A stretch of 64,000 nt of DNA from Marsupella aquatica (Eukaryota > Plantae > Marchantiophyta): positions 21,985,455 through 22,049,454 of the forward strand of contig OZ316897.1 in assembly GCA_973895155.1 (NCBI GenBank), in the 5' to 3' direction. Below, one piece after another: positions 1-13,122 of the stretch. Positions within the stretch are counted from its first letter, which is position 1. Each line of letters starts with the position of its first letter. The position numbers were made by a program, and so were the translations under genes. The notes under the pieces were generated by a model. That model saw nothing but the letters and a program-made list of their open reading frames with translations. It was not told the origin of the DNA and did not search any database.

Positions 1-279
1 GTGGATCGAACGCTTCGCTCTGGCGAGGTTCAACTATGATTAGGGTTTAGTTTTAGGGGTTAAGGTTTTGGATTTAGGGTTCCGTAGCTGATTCTTTGAC
101 CTGTACACTCGGCCGTCAATTTAAAGAAGGCTCACTTTTGCGATAATTTTATCGGTCATTTGCATTGCGGGTCTCTTTGTCCTTGTGTGATGAGATGTCA
201 TGTCCACATGTGCTGTGAGATTGGCGACGATAATTTTATCGCTCTTTGCATTGGAATTTGTTTATTTGCAGACTTTGCC

Positions 280-3200
280 ATGGCTACTAGTGGAAAGAGT
301 GGATCTGCTGAGGTAGAAAGTCTCATGACAAGCCTCACCAATGCAATTTGGATGAGTGAAGACATTTGTGAAGAGGTCAAGTGTATCAAGAAGTCATGGT
401 ACTTCCGTGACGCCAGATTACAGTCCACGGGTTTTGAAGTTTGTGCTACCCCAATCCTTTGGGTCCAGTTGCAAAAATCGACGAAGGTTAATGTTTCGTA
501 TGGCCCTGTTATTGCTGTTGCCGTCGTCGAGTTCATGGATGGCCACGGGGAGGGAAAAGTGTTGATAGAGGGCCTTAGTTTCTTGACAATGTGTGGGCGC
601 AAGGGTTTCACATCTCTCATTGTTACTCTCGATAACTTTGATGAGAAATCGATGGACAGTTATCCAGAAGATCCCCTTGTTGCCGAAGTTCGGGCAGCAA
701 GAGAGATGAATGTTATGGGTTCGGCTTGGATCGGCCAGTATGTGCAAGATTGTCATGCCATCATGCTTCCAAGGGTGAACGCAGAGTACAAGAGACTTAT
801 GGGTGAAGAGTTCAAACCTGTCCGCAAAATTGTTTTCAAGAAACAAGGTTCAAGTGGCAGCGGTGGTTCTAATGCCGATAAAATGTCGGGGCGGAAAGAA
901 CCATTGCAATCCTCTACACATATTGACGTGGACGAACCTACAACTTCTGGTCGGGTTTCGGGAAGTGGAAGAGGGAAAGGGAGAGGTAGCGGCAGGGGAG
1001 ATGCCGCGGGAACCTCTGACGGTGGGAAGAAGAGCCAAGAAACTGGCGGTAGTGGGAGAGGCCGAGGCAACCGTCAAGGACCATCCGTTAAACCAAGCGA
1101 AAGTAAAGGATCCGAGGGATTTGGGCCATCTGGTTCTGGACTTAGCACAAAGAGGAAGAGGACTGGCTGGACTGAGACGGTGGCTGCAGAAGTAGATAGA
1201 GCTTCGTCAATTCCATCAGTTCCAGTCACGGTTCCTGCGGCGCCATTGGTAAGTACTACGTCGTTGTACTATTTAACAAATACGAAATCCGATAAAAATC
1301 TCGTTGTTTATTTCCTGAATTGCGGATTGTGGAGTTATGTTGAACAAATGCGAACTCCGATAAAAATCTTGCAATTTCTTTCCTTAATTGAATTTGCAAC
1401 GCTTTTGTAGGCTGATCAGGAGGAGGAGATGGCTCTTTCGATGTATGAGACGGACGCGATCAAGGCAGAGCTCAGTCTTCTGATGCAACGAAGGGTGCAA
1501 AGGACAATTGTGCTTCTGCATGTCGACAATCTCATATTTGATGAGGAGGGGATTTGTTAACTTTGATTAGACCAGTGGATAGATTGCATGTGGAAAATAT
1601 CAAGATACTTCTCATGAAAAACCCCACCAACTTCAGTGCCCCATTCGTGCTGTGTGTGGATCCGAAGGATTGTCCCACAACCGCAGATTGGGACATCCTG
1701 AAGTCAAGGGTATGGAAGTATAGAATTATTGGAGGGAATCATGGTGCTCGGGCAAAGTCGGAGTTGTTTAAAATGTACGGGAAGCAAATATATGGTGAGC
1801 TGGAAGCTTGGGTTTACGCTGGGCTTACGAGATCCGAGGTCCGAAAGTTAGGCTTCCAGCATAACTATGACCAGGAGTATCGGAAGAACATGACTAAAAT
1901 TTACCAAGTTAGCGCTTGTCACAATATTTTCCTTGAAATGGGTGTGGGCTCGACTAAAGATGTCCGCGAAGCATGTTGTCAAGAATGCATGATGGAGTAC
2001 ACGCCAGGAGTTTGTGACTCCATGGCCAAACATGATCCGGCTTTCCAAATTGCTTTCCGAACAGGTGAAATTTGGGATCTTCAGGAGTAGATTTTCCAGA
2101 TGTGGGAGAAAGGTATTGTCTTAGGACAACCCAAAAAAATTGTGGCAACGACGAACGCAAAGGGAAAGGTAAAACCTTTGACGGTAAGGGAGATTAAAAT
2201 GAATAAACTTGCTGGTGACCTCAACTTAATTTCATTTCGAGGTCTCCAAGGACTGTCAAATAAGGAGCATGTCAAGCGTCTCTTGAATAGGGTTATCGGG
2301 AAGGTGATCACTTTGGATCAAATGCACAAGGAAGGTGAGAAGTTGAAAAAGCTTGCCAAGGTGAAGAAACTATTTTTGCAGATATCTGGTCAGCCAGATT
2401 GGGCAACATGCAGAGAAATGTTTCCTAACAAAACAGATGTCTCGGTCCTTGGCATATGGGCGGAGAAATTGAGTGACGCGGTAAGCATTCCTCTCATAGC
2501 ATGCTCTATCGTGAGATTTTTATCGGCTTTAGCATTCCTTTGTTGGTTTCTAAGCGATTGCATCTATCAGCTAGCGTGCTCCATCGTGAGATTTTTATCG
2601 GCTTTAGCATTCCTTTGTTGGTTTCTAAGCAATTCCATCTATCGGCTAGCGTGCTCCATCGCGAGATTTTTATCGGCTTTAGCATTCATCTCACGCTATT
2701 CTAACTGTAGATGTGTCTGACATTTTTACAGCTGAAGATTAATTTAAAAAGGAAAAGCAAAGTGGTTCCGGTTGTCACTTATAATTCTGCAGGGGAGGTT
2801 ATTATTCCCTCAACTGAAATCCCTTATGTGTTTAAGAATTTTGTGCTTGCTGCAATCAATAAGTACAATTGGCTGAGGTCCTTAGGCGAGGGCATAGCAG
2901 AAGCGTTTGAACAAACATGGAAAAATGCAGACGGGGATTCTTTTCCCTACTATCTCCATGTTGGTGATGTTCAAATTTTGGATTCTTTTGTTCAGCCAAG
3001 GGCTTACACCCTTGCGGTTGCAAATATTCCGTACGGTTTTAATGCTCCTGGTTCGGAGTTTGATGAAGTGGCCTTCACAGAAAAGGACATTTTAGACATG
3101 TTGACAAGTTTCTCAAAGATGACGACCGCTAAGCAGTGGAGGTTTGTTGTGATCCATTCACTACAACAAACGCATATGGTGATGTCTGCACTGGAGAGTG

Positions 3201-3843
3201 TATGCAACTGTGGGGTCGATGCTGGAATCTGGGAGAAGACTAACATTCATGAGCGTCCCGCTGGAGCTCGATTGGCGTGGGGTTTTGAGAACTGGTCGAT
3301 AGGTTTCTATAGCAAGGAAGGCATTCGGAACATGGACATGTACAATTTCCAACCGGATGAGTCTCGCGTCAATATCATCAAGGTTCCATGTGTAATCAAG
3401 AAGTCTGTTGATCCGTTGGGATTTGTTGTGAACCCGTATCATAAGCCTGTTGGTTTGGGGCTTGGTTTGTTTCCCATTTCTCTGAGAAAAAGGATTGGGT
3501 TATTGATCTTTGTTGTGGAACCGGATTGACATTAGCTGCTACGCTCCTCAATTCTTGCCAGGGTTGTGCTATTGATAAGAGTTCTACGCAGATTGATTTT
3601 GTGAAATCCTGGATCATGATTCTGGAGTCAAACTGGAATTTATATGAAGAATCCCAGATTGAAGGGCACGGCGTTGAAGGTCATGAGATTCAACCACCAA
3701 TTGCATGCCAATTGGGTGTTCTCGGGACATCGACTTACGTAGTTGAGGTCGTGAAGGAGACCAAAGAGGAACAAGAAGAAACTGAGGAAGAGCCTCCCAG
3801 AACACCAAATGAGGATGATCTCAACGACATGTTATTAGATTAG
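280..3843 (+). pseudogene. ParB/Srx-like domain + beta-class amino (N6A/N4C) DNA methyltransferase fusion, copy 1; spliced, disrupted
   Basis: ATG 280 after a tttgcag acceptor; GT-AG introns 1249-1410 and 2481-2731. ParB-like motif PFVLCVDP...YRIIGGNHGARA; MTase motif IV ANIPYG, then NPYHKP, then motif I DWVIDLCCGTG (read across a frameshift near 3455). Frameshift near 1550 and in-frame TAG at 2088. Confidence 0.8.
2497..2690. repeat. 75-bp tandem repeat (about 2.6 copies) in intron 2 of MTase gene 1
   Basis: Unit contains GAGATTTTTATCGG at 2513, 2588 and 2663. Confidence 0.9.
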
Positions 3844-4174
3844 TTGCGTGTGCTCGTTAGGATAATGTCAATCACCAATGGAGTTGTCGATAAATTTATC
3901 GGATTCTGTATTCCATGAGGAAGAACCTTTGTCACCTTTATTAATGCGATAAATTTATCGGACTTTGCATATATCGGACTGTCGCGGTGTTCTAGCTGGG
4001 GGAATGGAGTTGTCGATAATCTTATTGGACTTAGCATTGTATTCTCTAACTGGTTTGTCATTGCAATTATTTCAAAAAAAAAGATATCATTATAGCTGCG
4101 GAGTACATAGTCCCAGAACGATAACCACTGTACATATTCATGGGAATGATAACCATTATAACTTAAACCTGCAA

Positions 4175-7100
4175 CTAGCTTCGACTATCAACGATTACAG
4201 TCTCCATTGCATTTTGAATGATTCGTCTTGTTTGTATAGGGAGAGTACTATTTGCCAATAATGCAAAGTTATACGCATAAACGGCAGTTTCTGCTAGGGA
4301 CAATTCATCCTCCAGTACTTTGCTAGACGAAGCCTCTTTCTTCGGATAATATCTGCCTTCAATTGCAGACTCTTCCTCCAAATCCATTGCATACCAAGTG
4401 ATTTTAATCCGCTCCGGGATGTCGTTAATTCTTGTGAGAATCTCAGTCACTTTTGCCATCCAGAATGGTCTTCCCTTGGGATTTAGTATTCACCTCTAGA
4501 TCCTTGAAGTCTCCAATTTTCGTGACTTTTCTTCGACTTCCGGAATACATGACTATCCTCACACCCGCTACTTTATCAACCAAGCTAGGTTCCATTGCTG
4601 CTTGTGTAGGATTACTCGGAAGTTCTCTCTGTACGTTTACCTTGGGCCAACTCCAATCAAAACTCCATTGTGCAGGTTTCAGGTGGTGCTGAATCACTTC
4701 TTTTTGTTTGTAAAAAAAATTACCCCACCATAGACGATCTGCGTCGTCAAAGTAATTGAATCCATCTTCAATTGCTCTTCGATATTTTTGAAGAGTTGAT
4801 AAATAACTTTGAGCCGCCTGCTCATCTTGTTTCTCAGCATCATTCTCTTGCTCTTCATTGTCTCCTGTCGCTCCCGTGGCCGACTTCAATGCCATTTGTG
4901 GTGCGACCCACATTCCAGATGATGGAATGTACCGAACAAAATCCACCGTCTCCCCCCAATCGGTTGTCGTTGAAAGATGTTTGGCATGGAATACGGACCG
5001 AGCACTTCCATCTTCAAGTACTCTAGTAATCCGAAATTGTTTTTGAGCACTTATGTCGTGGAGAGTACGTAGAACTTGACCATCCATATCCTTGTCATTT
5101 GCTTGATCCTTGTCTGACACAAATTTCTTGAAATCGGCAACCTCGTCGATGAAAAATATCTTTGCCGTAGGATTGTAGGATTCCTCTATGATTGCTGAAA
5201 GAGTGTCCAACCGGAAAGCTTTCCGCTTGTTCAATTTTGAAGAAAACTTGCTAAACATTTGATCAATTTGATCATGGGTGTGCCCCACCAATAGGAAACC
5301 AACCTTTATTTTCTGGAAAACACCTATCTCCACCAACATATTCAAATATGCCATAAGATATTTATTCTTGTTTTCCTGAGCTGTGTTATCAAGCTGGAGG
5401 TAAAGCACTGGAGGGAGCAGACCTTCCCAGGTATTCAGAATATGCTGGATAACATGGATGGTCAGGTTGCTATCATTGTGAATATTTGGATAGTTCAAAA
5501 AAACATTTGAACTTAATTGTTTGTTGAAGATCAAACAACCCACTACGTGTACGGGGATGAAATACTTTTCATCCATATTCTTCGGACACCGAATGAAATG
5601 AGGTAACTCTGTCTTCTTTTGATCCATTCCATCAATACAGATGCCCAAATATTTCTCCGGACTCTTGTAACATTTGCTCCGGTGCTTTGCTAACTTCTCC
5701 CTCTCGACTGCTTGTGCCTTCCGATGCTCGTTTAGCAATGTTGAGAATTTTCCTACAATAATAAAAATGTTTAGGACAAAACATGATAACCGCAATGTTG
5801 AACCCTGACAGCGATAAATTTATCGGGTTCAGTATTCAAACACGAGACCGTAATGATAAACCCTGACAACGATAAATTTATCGGGTTCAGTATTCAAACA
5901 CAAGACCGTAATGAAAAACTGTGACAGCGATAAATTTATCAGGTTCAGTATTCAAATTGTTCAAACGATATATTCACTCACATGGCCAAAGAAGAAGCAC
6001 ATGAATACTCAACCCGATAAAATTATCGGGAGTAACACACAGGTTTAGAAACTTACTCTTTTCTGCTTCGAGTGTTGCCTTGTCACGGAGTGCTTTGAAT
6101 TCAGTACACGGGGCGCAGGTGGAGAAACGGCTCCTTTTGGGGATGCGCACGCGAGGAAACTCCTTGTCCCAAATGCGAACAAACCACGAATATGTCATGC
6201 CTTGTTCTTGGCGCATTAGAGTTTCGGACTGGAAGGCATCAAAAACTTATGTTTTTGTCCAATTGTCAGGTAAATGAAAGATATCCTTGTTGGGGAGACT
6301 CTCGACATTTGTGGAAAAAAAATCATCCAGCCATTGGATGAGACCAAGATGTGCGGGTGATCTCGACAACTGTACCGATCTATATCCGAGAAAACATGTT
6401 CTGCGAGATTTTTTAGAGACGATTATTTCCTAGTGAAAATAATTTCTTAAAACCACTCCGACAAAAGGATCTACCGCTAACTGAGTAACCACTTGCACCA
6501 ACATGCCCACCCTTCACACATCCTCTTAGAAGGACGTTCTTCTCTGGGTAGGATAGCCCATAGTAATAAGTGCGTTGTTTCGTCACGGCTAGCAGACCCA
6601 AATTCCTCAGACAGTAATTATCACAACACAAATACTTATGAATTTCTCTCATTTTGTTTCTATTCAATTTGTCATTTATCACATTGTCTTTCCTAGTAAT
6701 TCGGTCCCTATCTTTTTTACTAGGCTCATTTGACTTCTCTACAGCCTGAAATTTGTTCATAACATTGGCATTTTCGGGTCCTTCAGGTGCCTCGTGAATA
6801 GATGCATCACTCTCTGCTGAGCTACCATCCTCTATAGATCTCCTTGACGCATTTAGAGGGGCACTGAATAGACGACTATAACTATTCTCTTCGACAGCTC
6901 CTTCTAAACATTCAGACACAACTTGTGCTATTATATCGGATTCTCTATCTCCTTCCTCATCTTCGTCCTCCGATGCACTCGACTCATCTGAAAACACAAT
7001 TGAACGCCACTAAGACCTCTCCTCGATACTTGGAGCCTGGAACCAATGACAGTCCGCCCTTGAAAACTTGGAGATTCTGGATTCGCACGTGCAGTCCCAA

Positions 7101-7734
7101 TGACTCCGCGAGCTGCTGGAAAATTGAGCACTTGTTCACCACGATTCCCACGGACCATTCAAGAAAGGACCGAGTCTGGACTTCGCAGTCCGATTCCCTC
7201 GCTTGCTCGCACATCCAGTCCAGGCAATGCAAAGACCGATCGCCGTATGGGTCTTTGTATTTCTGTGTCCCGATCCTCACCCGGAGACTGAAAGATCCGT
7301 CGTTGAACTTGTGTTGAATGTGGCGACTTGAATGCCGACTGCGATACGCGTATCGGTTGCCGGATACCCTCTCCATAACCCGGGATGGATGGCCTGAAGC
7401 GACATCTCGGACCTAAACCTGGGATTGAAAGTTTCTCATTTCTTGGCGATGGAACGCTCAAGAGACGACACTTCTCAAGTTTACTAGGCGACACATAGTA
7501 AGCACTGGGCTCAGGACCAGAACTTGCATCAGAATCTGAGTCAGAGATTTCGGGCACTATTTGCTGTGAGAGAGGTAGAGCTTTAAGTATGCGACTTGGC
7601 AAACAGCGAGCGACAAGATTAAGAGAGGATTCAACTGAACTGGAAGGTGAATCTATGTCTGATTGAGACATGGCTATCCGAGACACTGTGGGGCTTTGCA
7701 TTCCTCCCGCAATCAGGGAAAACGAAAGGCTCAA
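4175..7734 (-). pseudogene. DUF7869/Sola1-like DDE transposase, copy 1; spliced, frameshifted
   Basis: Motifs CIDGMDQKKT-LP, LYLQLDNTAQENKN and FLLVGHTHDQIDQMFS; upstream Cys motifs CCDNYCL, CRSGFKKLF and FSTCAPC; intron 5753-6056 (GTAAGT...TAG) restores AEKRKFSTLL; several frameshifts. Confidence 0.8.
5800..5956. repeat. 58-bp tandem repeat (3 copies) in the transposase-1 intron
   Basis: CGATAAATTTATC(G/A) at 5812, 5870 and 5928. Confidence 0.9.
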
Positions 7735-7815
7735 TGGACAAAATGTTGCTCCAAGAACACAACTCCCAAAACTCTACTCTCGATAATGACGCCAAAAACT
7801 TATCGGCGGTGGCCC

Positions 7816-7822
7816 TTTTATA
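7816..7822 (-). promoter_or_regulatory. Putative TATA box of transposase 1
   Basis: TATAAAAGGG on the minus strand about 100 bp upstream of the ORF start; same motif at the equivalent position in element 2 (33665-33671). Confidence 0.5.
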
Positions 7823-7957
7823 GTGTCTGTTGAGGGGTTGGCCCACGTGTCCACTTTTGATTGGCTGTCACCCTAAACGACAAAATAGCAGAAAAAGGGT
7901 ATATTTCTTGGATTTCCAATTTCATTCTCACACGTGCATCGTGGCAAAATTATATAG

Positions 7958-8166
7958 TTTTGAAATTGAAGCGATAAATTTATCTGATGTTGGTATTGCA
8001 AAAGTGGTTCCTTCATATGGAAGTTGCAATTTGAAATTGAAGCGATAAATTTATCTGATGTTGGTATTGCAAAAGTGGTTCCTTCATATGGAAGTTGCAA
8101 TTTTGAAATTGAAGCGATAAATTTATCTGATGTTGGTATTGCGAAGAGTTTTCTTCATATGGATAG
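7958..8166. repeat. 71-72-bp tandem repeat (about 3 copies) interrupted by the LTR element
   Basis: GAAATTGAAGCGATAAATTTATCTGATG with cores at 7972, 8043 and 8115; a degenerate continuation resumes at 15025. Confidence 0.9.
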
Positions 8167-10036
8167 TGTAGTTTGCTATAGAGAATCAAAAGAACTCTTT
8201 TACGTCTCTAAACTCGGTATTCGTTCCCGTTAAGAACAAGATTGGGTTGGTTTGATGAAATAAACTAAAAATAAAGCCTTAAGCTCTTGTGTCACACATA
8301 GTAATCAATCTTGACTACTTTAATCAGGTACTTTGAAGATCGCTCCACAGCGGTGAGTAGTTTTTGATGATAACTCAACATCAGATAACCTTCAATTAAG
8401 CAAAAGATTGCAATTAACAAAACACAAGGAAAAATCTCTCAGAGTATGCTTAAGGGAGTCTGGAATAGACCAAGGTTACTCCTTAGACATAAGTAATAAT
8501 GGAATGACTTTAAGGGAATCCAAATCCACACGGCTTTTCAGATCTAAACTGCATACTAGAGTATCCTTTTAAAATGCTGGCAACATGTCTTGACCTTTCT
8601 TCCTAAGTGATACTTAGTCAAGATCTAAAAGGATAAATACTTCAGCATTTAGATGGTACTAAGCAACATGAAGGTGGAAACATCATTTCCAATGCAACTT
8701 AAACTCAATGAGTTAACTCTAAGAACTTGTGAGATTACAATGTGTCACCAAAGCGGAATCTGACATTATAATTCACGAGATTCATAACTGAGGTTTTACT
8801 TCAAGTATTTGGGTTCCAAAATACAAGAAGGAGGTAAGTCTCTCCAAATGTTAAACCTGATCTCGAACTCATAGATTCATGATCAACTAGTTTAACACAA
8901 GGGAGAGGCAAAACTGCAAAACTTAACCATCTCTCTACACTAGGGGAAGAGGTATAAATAGTGATGAACTACAGAATAAGAGGTCACAGGGTCGAAGAGA
9001 CATGCCTCTTCATAACCCTCAAAAAGTCAAAACGACGATTCAATAAGTGGAAAGCCGGAAAAAATGGCTAAGTATGAACTCTTAAACTCTTAAAAACTTA
9101 AACTCTTAAAAACGTAAAAACTTAAACTCTTAAAAACGTAAAAACTTAAACTCTTAAACTCTTAATTTCGGTATACTAAAAATTGAGTAGATTCAACTAT
9201 TTTTAACTTTCTACTCCTGGTTCGGAAAACTCTGAAATTTTTCCAGCAGGGTTTCCTAGGTACAGACTACAGCCTAAAGAAGTATGACAGCTTCTAAAGC
9301 TCTAGAACACATTTCTAAAAATCAGATAAGATGCACTACTCTAAAAACTAACTAAGAACACTTAGAGACTTCTTCAAGCTTGCTGTCGGATGTCCTCGGG
9401 TTCGAGTAACTCCACAAGGGTAACAATTCGGTTCTGGGTAACCTCTATCAGCTTAGCTTGGCGTGGGGATCCTCTAGAGTAGGGTAGGCACCTTAGTTGT
9501 CTCTCAGGATACATCAAAGGCATTCGCTTCATCAAATAACAGGAATCTATACGAAGAGCTTCTCTGTATATCCCTAGTACATCATAGTTGTTGCAGGTGG
9601 CAGCATATACTTGGGGATAGTGATGCAGAAACTCATCACTATTCATCATCCTAGAATAGAAGGGTCGAAGTCTCCATTTGACATCTCTGAAATACCGGTT
9701 GAAGCTGGGCAGAGTTTGAGAGGTAAGGTGGAAGAGAAGTCAGTAATGAGCGCCTATGTCTTGCATTCCTTCCCTTTCAAGGTGAGCTCTTCATCCGTTG
9801 TGGAGTCCCGTTGAACTAGTTGTAAGATGTCACGATCACAGAGTCGCCAAATCTTAAGGTGTAACTCGTAAAGAAGTGAACTAGTAAACTCGTAAACTGA
9901 GTTTACTCGTAACTTAGGAACTTAGTAACTTTGAATGCTGTTTTAGTTACAGTTAGCAATAATTGCAGTCTAAACACCGTAAAAAATTTAAAAATTTTCA
10001 GTTTCTTCATGCTTTTGGAATTACCCACTACTTACA
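8167..10036 (-). repeat. 3' LTR (1870 bp)
   Basis: Direct repeat of 13150-15019; purine tract TGAGGAGAGGGCTA immediately upstream on the minus strand (10037-10050). Confidence 0.95.
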
Positions 10037-10125
10037 TAGCCCTCTCCTCAAGCGGCGCCGTGCCCTCACAAGCCTTTCTGAAGTCTTCCACCAGAACTAA
10101 ATCGCCTTTGAAATGCACATTGGTT

Positions 10126-10920
10126 TCAATTGTGTATTAAGTTTGATACTTGACTGGACAATTTGTCAAGCAACTTGTATACTTGCTTAACTTTTGGTGA
10201 AATTGTGGAAATATCTGGTACTTGCTTCTTTTTCTTGGTTTTTGCTTTTTCAAATTCAGAGCTAGAGCTGGTTTCATCATTTGAAGAACTAGGTGTTGTC
10301 CTTTTAGTGTTCTCTTCACTGCTGTTGTCACTCCCCTCGTCTGACATGGATTCTGATTCAGAATTGAGTTTCTTTTTCTTTTTCTTCTTAATATATTTCT
10401 TGAGCTCTTTTTTCAATCTTTTCTTTCCAGACACTTCTGAATCAACATATTTCTGTGCTGCAGCTAAAGCTTCTCCATATGTGGTTCCACCTTCTCTTCT
10501 CACATATCTTGCAATTCTAGATGGCAGTCCATTTATGAACCAATCTCTGACTGTTGATTTTGATGTAGCCGGGTTGTATTTGTCAACTAACTCTTCCAGC
10601 TTATCTGCATATTTCCGAACAGATCCATACTTGTTCATTTTTAAATAAGAAATTTTTGTGAAGGCTCTTGCTGCTGCCCCATCTTCTTTGTATTTCTCTA
10701 AAAATGCAGCTTTTGTCTTTGTCCAGTCATTTTTATCTAAAAATCGATGATGCCACTTTTGTGCTCCTTTCTTCATAAGTCCTCCAAAAATGCTTGCCTT
10801 CTCAGCGTCTTGGCTATGTCCATTTGAAATTGCAGTAGCTTCAAACTCCTTTAAGTAGGTCTCTGCATCCTCTTTAGATGTCCCTTTGAAGGTGTCATAG
10901 CGAATATTATTCCGGGCCAT
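10126..10920 (-). CDS. gag: Retrotransposon Gag (capsid-like) protein
   Basis: F-x-G...EDAETYLKEFE...W...FLEKY...SVRKY...WFINGLP pattern typical of Ty3/Gypsy gag; Lys/Ser-rich tail. Confidence 0.8.
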   Translation of the reverse strand: MARNNIRYDTFKGTSKEDAETYLKEFEATAISNGHSQDAEKASIFGGLMKKGAQKWHHRFLDKNDWTKTKAAFLEKYKEDGAAARAFTKISYLKMNKYGSVRKYADKLEELVDKYNPATSKSTVRDWFINGLPSRIARYVRREGGTTYGEALAAAQKYVDSEVSGKKRLKKELKKYIKKKKKKKLNSESESMSDEGSDNSSEENTKRTTPSSSNDETSSSSEFEKAKTKKKKQVPDISTISPKVKQVYKLLDKLSSQVSNLIHN

Positions 10921-13122
10921 CTTGATCAAATGAGTAGGAAGAAATAAACTAGGCTGTGAAGGAGTGGCATTGAGATTCAATCAGGTGGAGGAATCTTTTA
11001 GGTGCAGATGAGGCTCCTTGTTTCTTCTTCCAAATTGGTTGACTATTCTCACTCAGATATCCCTTATCTTGACTACCTGTGTCTTTTTTATAATTTGAAT
11101 AGAGACCGCCTTAAGCTCTCCCATAATTTTTGTTTAACTCTCATCAGTCCAAATGAGGGAGAATTGGGGTGAGCTCTAAGTGTGGTGCTAGTGTCACGGA
11201 AAACACTAACATTGTCTCTCATTTCTTGATCTGGTGTAGCATCTCTGATCAATCTTCCTGCAAGTCTAACTGGAAGTGCAAAAGCATTCCAATCGGATGG
11301 TGTTAGTTTATTCGTGGTAGCCATGGTCAAGGTTCACAGGATTGTTGACTCAAGGTAGCTCTCTCCTCATGAATTCAGGAAAATGGGACTTTGCAATTTG
11401 CTGAAGATTTGAATAGTCATATTGGTTAACTCTTTGGAGCTCTGAAGGGTCGTCATCTCGTAGCTTTCTTTGTCAGAGACTGAAGGAATGCGCTCTGCAC
11501 ATTTGTATCAGTCTGAAGATTTGAATAGTTGCTGATTTTTCTTCGCGTCGTGACTTCCAATTTCGCTTCCCTTTGTCAGTCATTCCTCATTCTGAAAGAC
11601 ATTTCTTTTGGAGGAGAGTTGGTGCGGGTGCATTCTTGGAGATCCTTGGTTTACAAGAGGCAGCTTCAATGGTCGCACCGTTCCGTCATTTCTCAAATCC
11701 ACGCCCTTTCAAGTTTGCTCGATCCATGGCTTGTATGCCCCTTTGTTGACACTTCTCTGCATATGGTGTCCGCAAGCGTTGTGTCGTTTCATCGAGTTCT
11801 CGGCGAGGTGCGTCTCTTCCGTGTGTCCCGTCAACTTGTAACCCTTCAACTAGTAAACACTTAACTTGTAAACTCGTAAAGTCATAATCGTCACGACGCT
11901 TACCCGTAACTCGTAAGGGTTAACCCGCAATGCCTTATCCCCTCGTATCTCGGCGAGTCCTTAGTAGCAAAGTACCCTTTCCACTTCAGATTTCTCACTG
12001 CTTTAGCTAACCTACTTTATCTGTGCCTCCGATTTTGTCTTTGCATCAATGTACTAGCTAAGTCTTGTATAGAAATCACTATATATTCCTCTCTTGTAAT
12101 TCTTCCATTTAGCCTTAATATAACCAAATGTAGATTTACTCGTTCCCACCAAGTAATAGATAGCCAATTATGAACTCCATACTACATCTCACACTTAACA
12201 CCAAAGTTTGCGCATATCTATTGTGCAAGATGGCATAAGATATTCTAAAAAAAAAAAAAATCTCCAACTATTTATCTATGGCTTTTGCCGCCTAATTTTC
12301 CTAACAGTCTATCAAATTGGTTGCACTTTTATCTAAGTCGACTTCTCATAATGTAAGAAGTTCATACTCTTCCTATACTATAGATTTAATTGACCAAAGT
12401 GAACTGTCTCTTAATTTCCTATCTTTCTTCTCTACAATTATGGTAAGTTAAAGTCTACCAGCTCTCTTGATTTAATTAAATCAGACTTAATCCCTCCTCT
12501 AAAAGTAGCTTCTTCCTACCACAACTTAGGAAGTCATGCTATAATTAAAGTCCTCCTAACAATCATATGGAGACTTTACTCAATCTCCTTTCTTAATTCC
12601 AAAGCATTGCTTTTTAAGCACTTTTAAGCCTCTTCTTCTTAGCCTTCATTTTTCTCCTTCCTCTCATAACAAGGAGAACTCCTTCTCGAATTACCTCTGC
12701 AAATGCAGCTGGTGCATCTGTGAAAGTGTAAGGTCGAGCTTCCAAAACTTGAATTGACCATTCTTCATATGTATCCATAAGGAATATTTCTTTCTGTAAT
12801 TTCTCAATCAATTCAATTCTGAAATTTGACATCCACTGCCTGCATATCATATTACCCCTTCTCCAAGAGATAAACAATGAAGTCTTGAGAAAGATGTCCT
12901 TTCTATAAGAGGAATGGCCTTCCCTCCTATATCCATTCATCTTTCTCCCTTGGTTATAATAGAGTTAAAATCAGAGTAGAGATAACTTCCTCCTAAATGG
13001 AATTGGCCTAACTCCACTTACAATGGTTACTCTCTTTCTCCCTGGCCTGAAAATCTCTCTTAAAATCCAAGGCTTCTAATTTGGTCATTCACTGCCTAAT
13101 GTCAAACCATTCCTGAATCTGT

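Noticed and set aside
160-279. N-terminal extension of the 416-aa ORF, and its tail 1249-1410
   Set aside because: Both are read-through into intron sequence (acceptor at 270-271, donor at 1249).
280-3843. Bacterial contamination or a restriction-modification system
   Set aside because: The genes have GT-AG introns, are nested among plant retroelements, and no restriction endonuclease is visible.
5800-8166. Regularly spaced palindromic repeats as a CRISPR array
   Set aside because: The sequence between the cores is itself repeated (no unique spacers), there are no cas genes, and the context is eukaryotic and intronic.
9374-9649. Duplicated 91-aa ORF (also 14357-14632)
   Set aside because: It lies inside the LTRs, so the duplication is explained by LTR identity; no recognisable motif.
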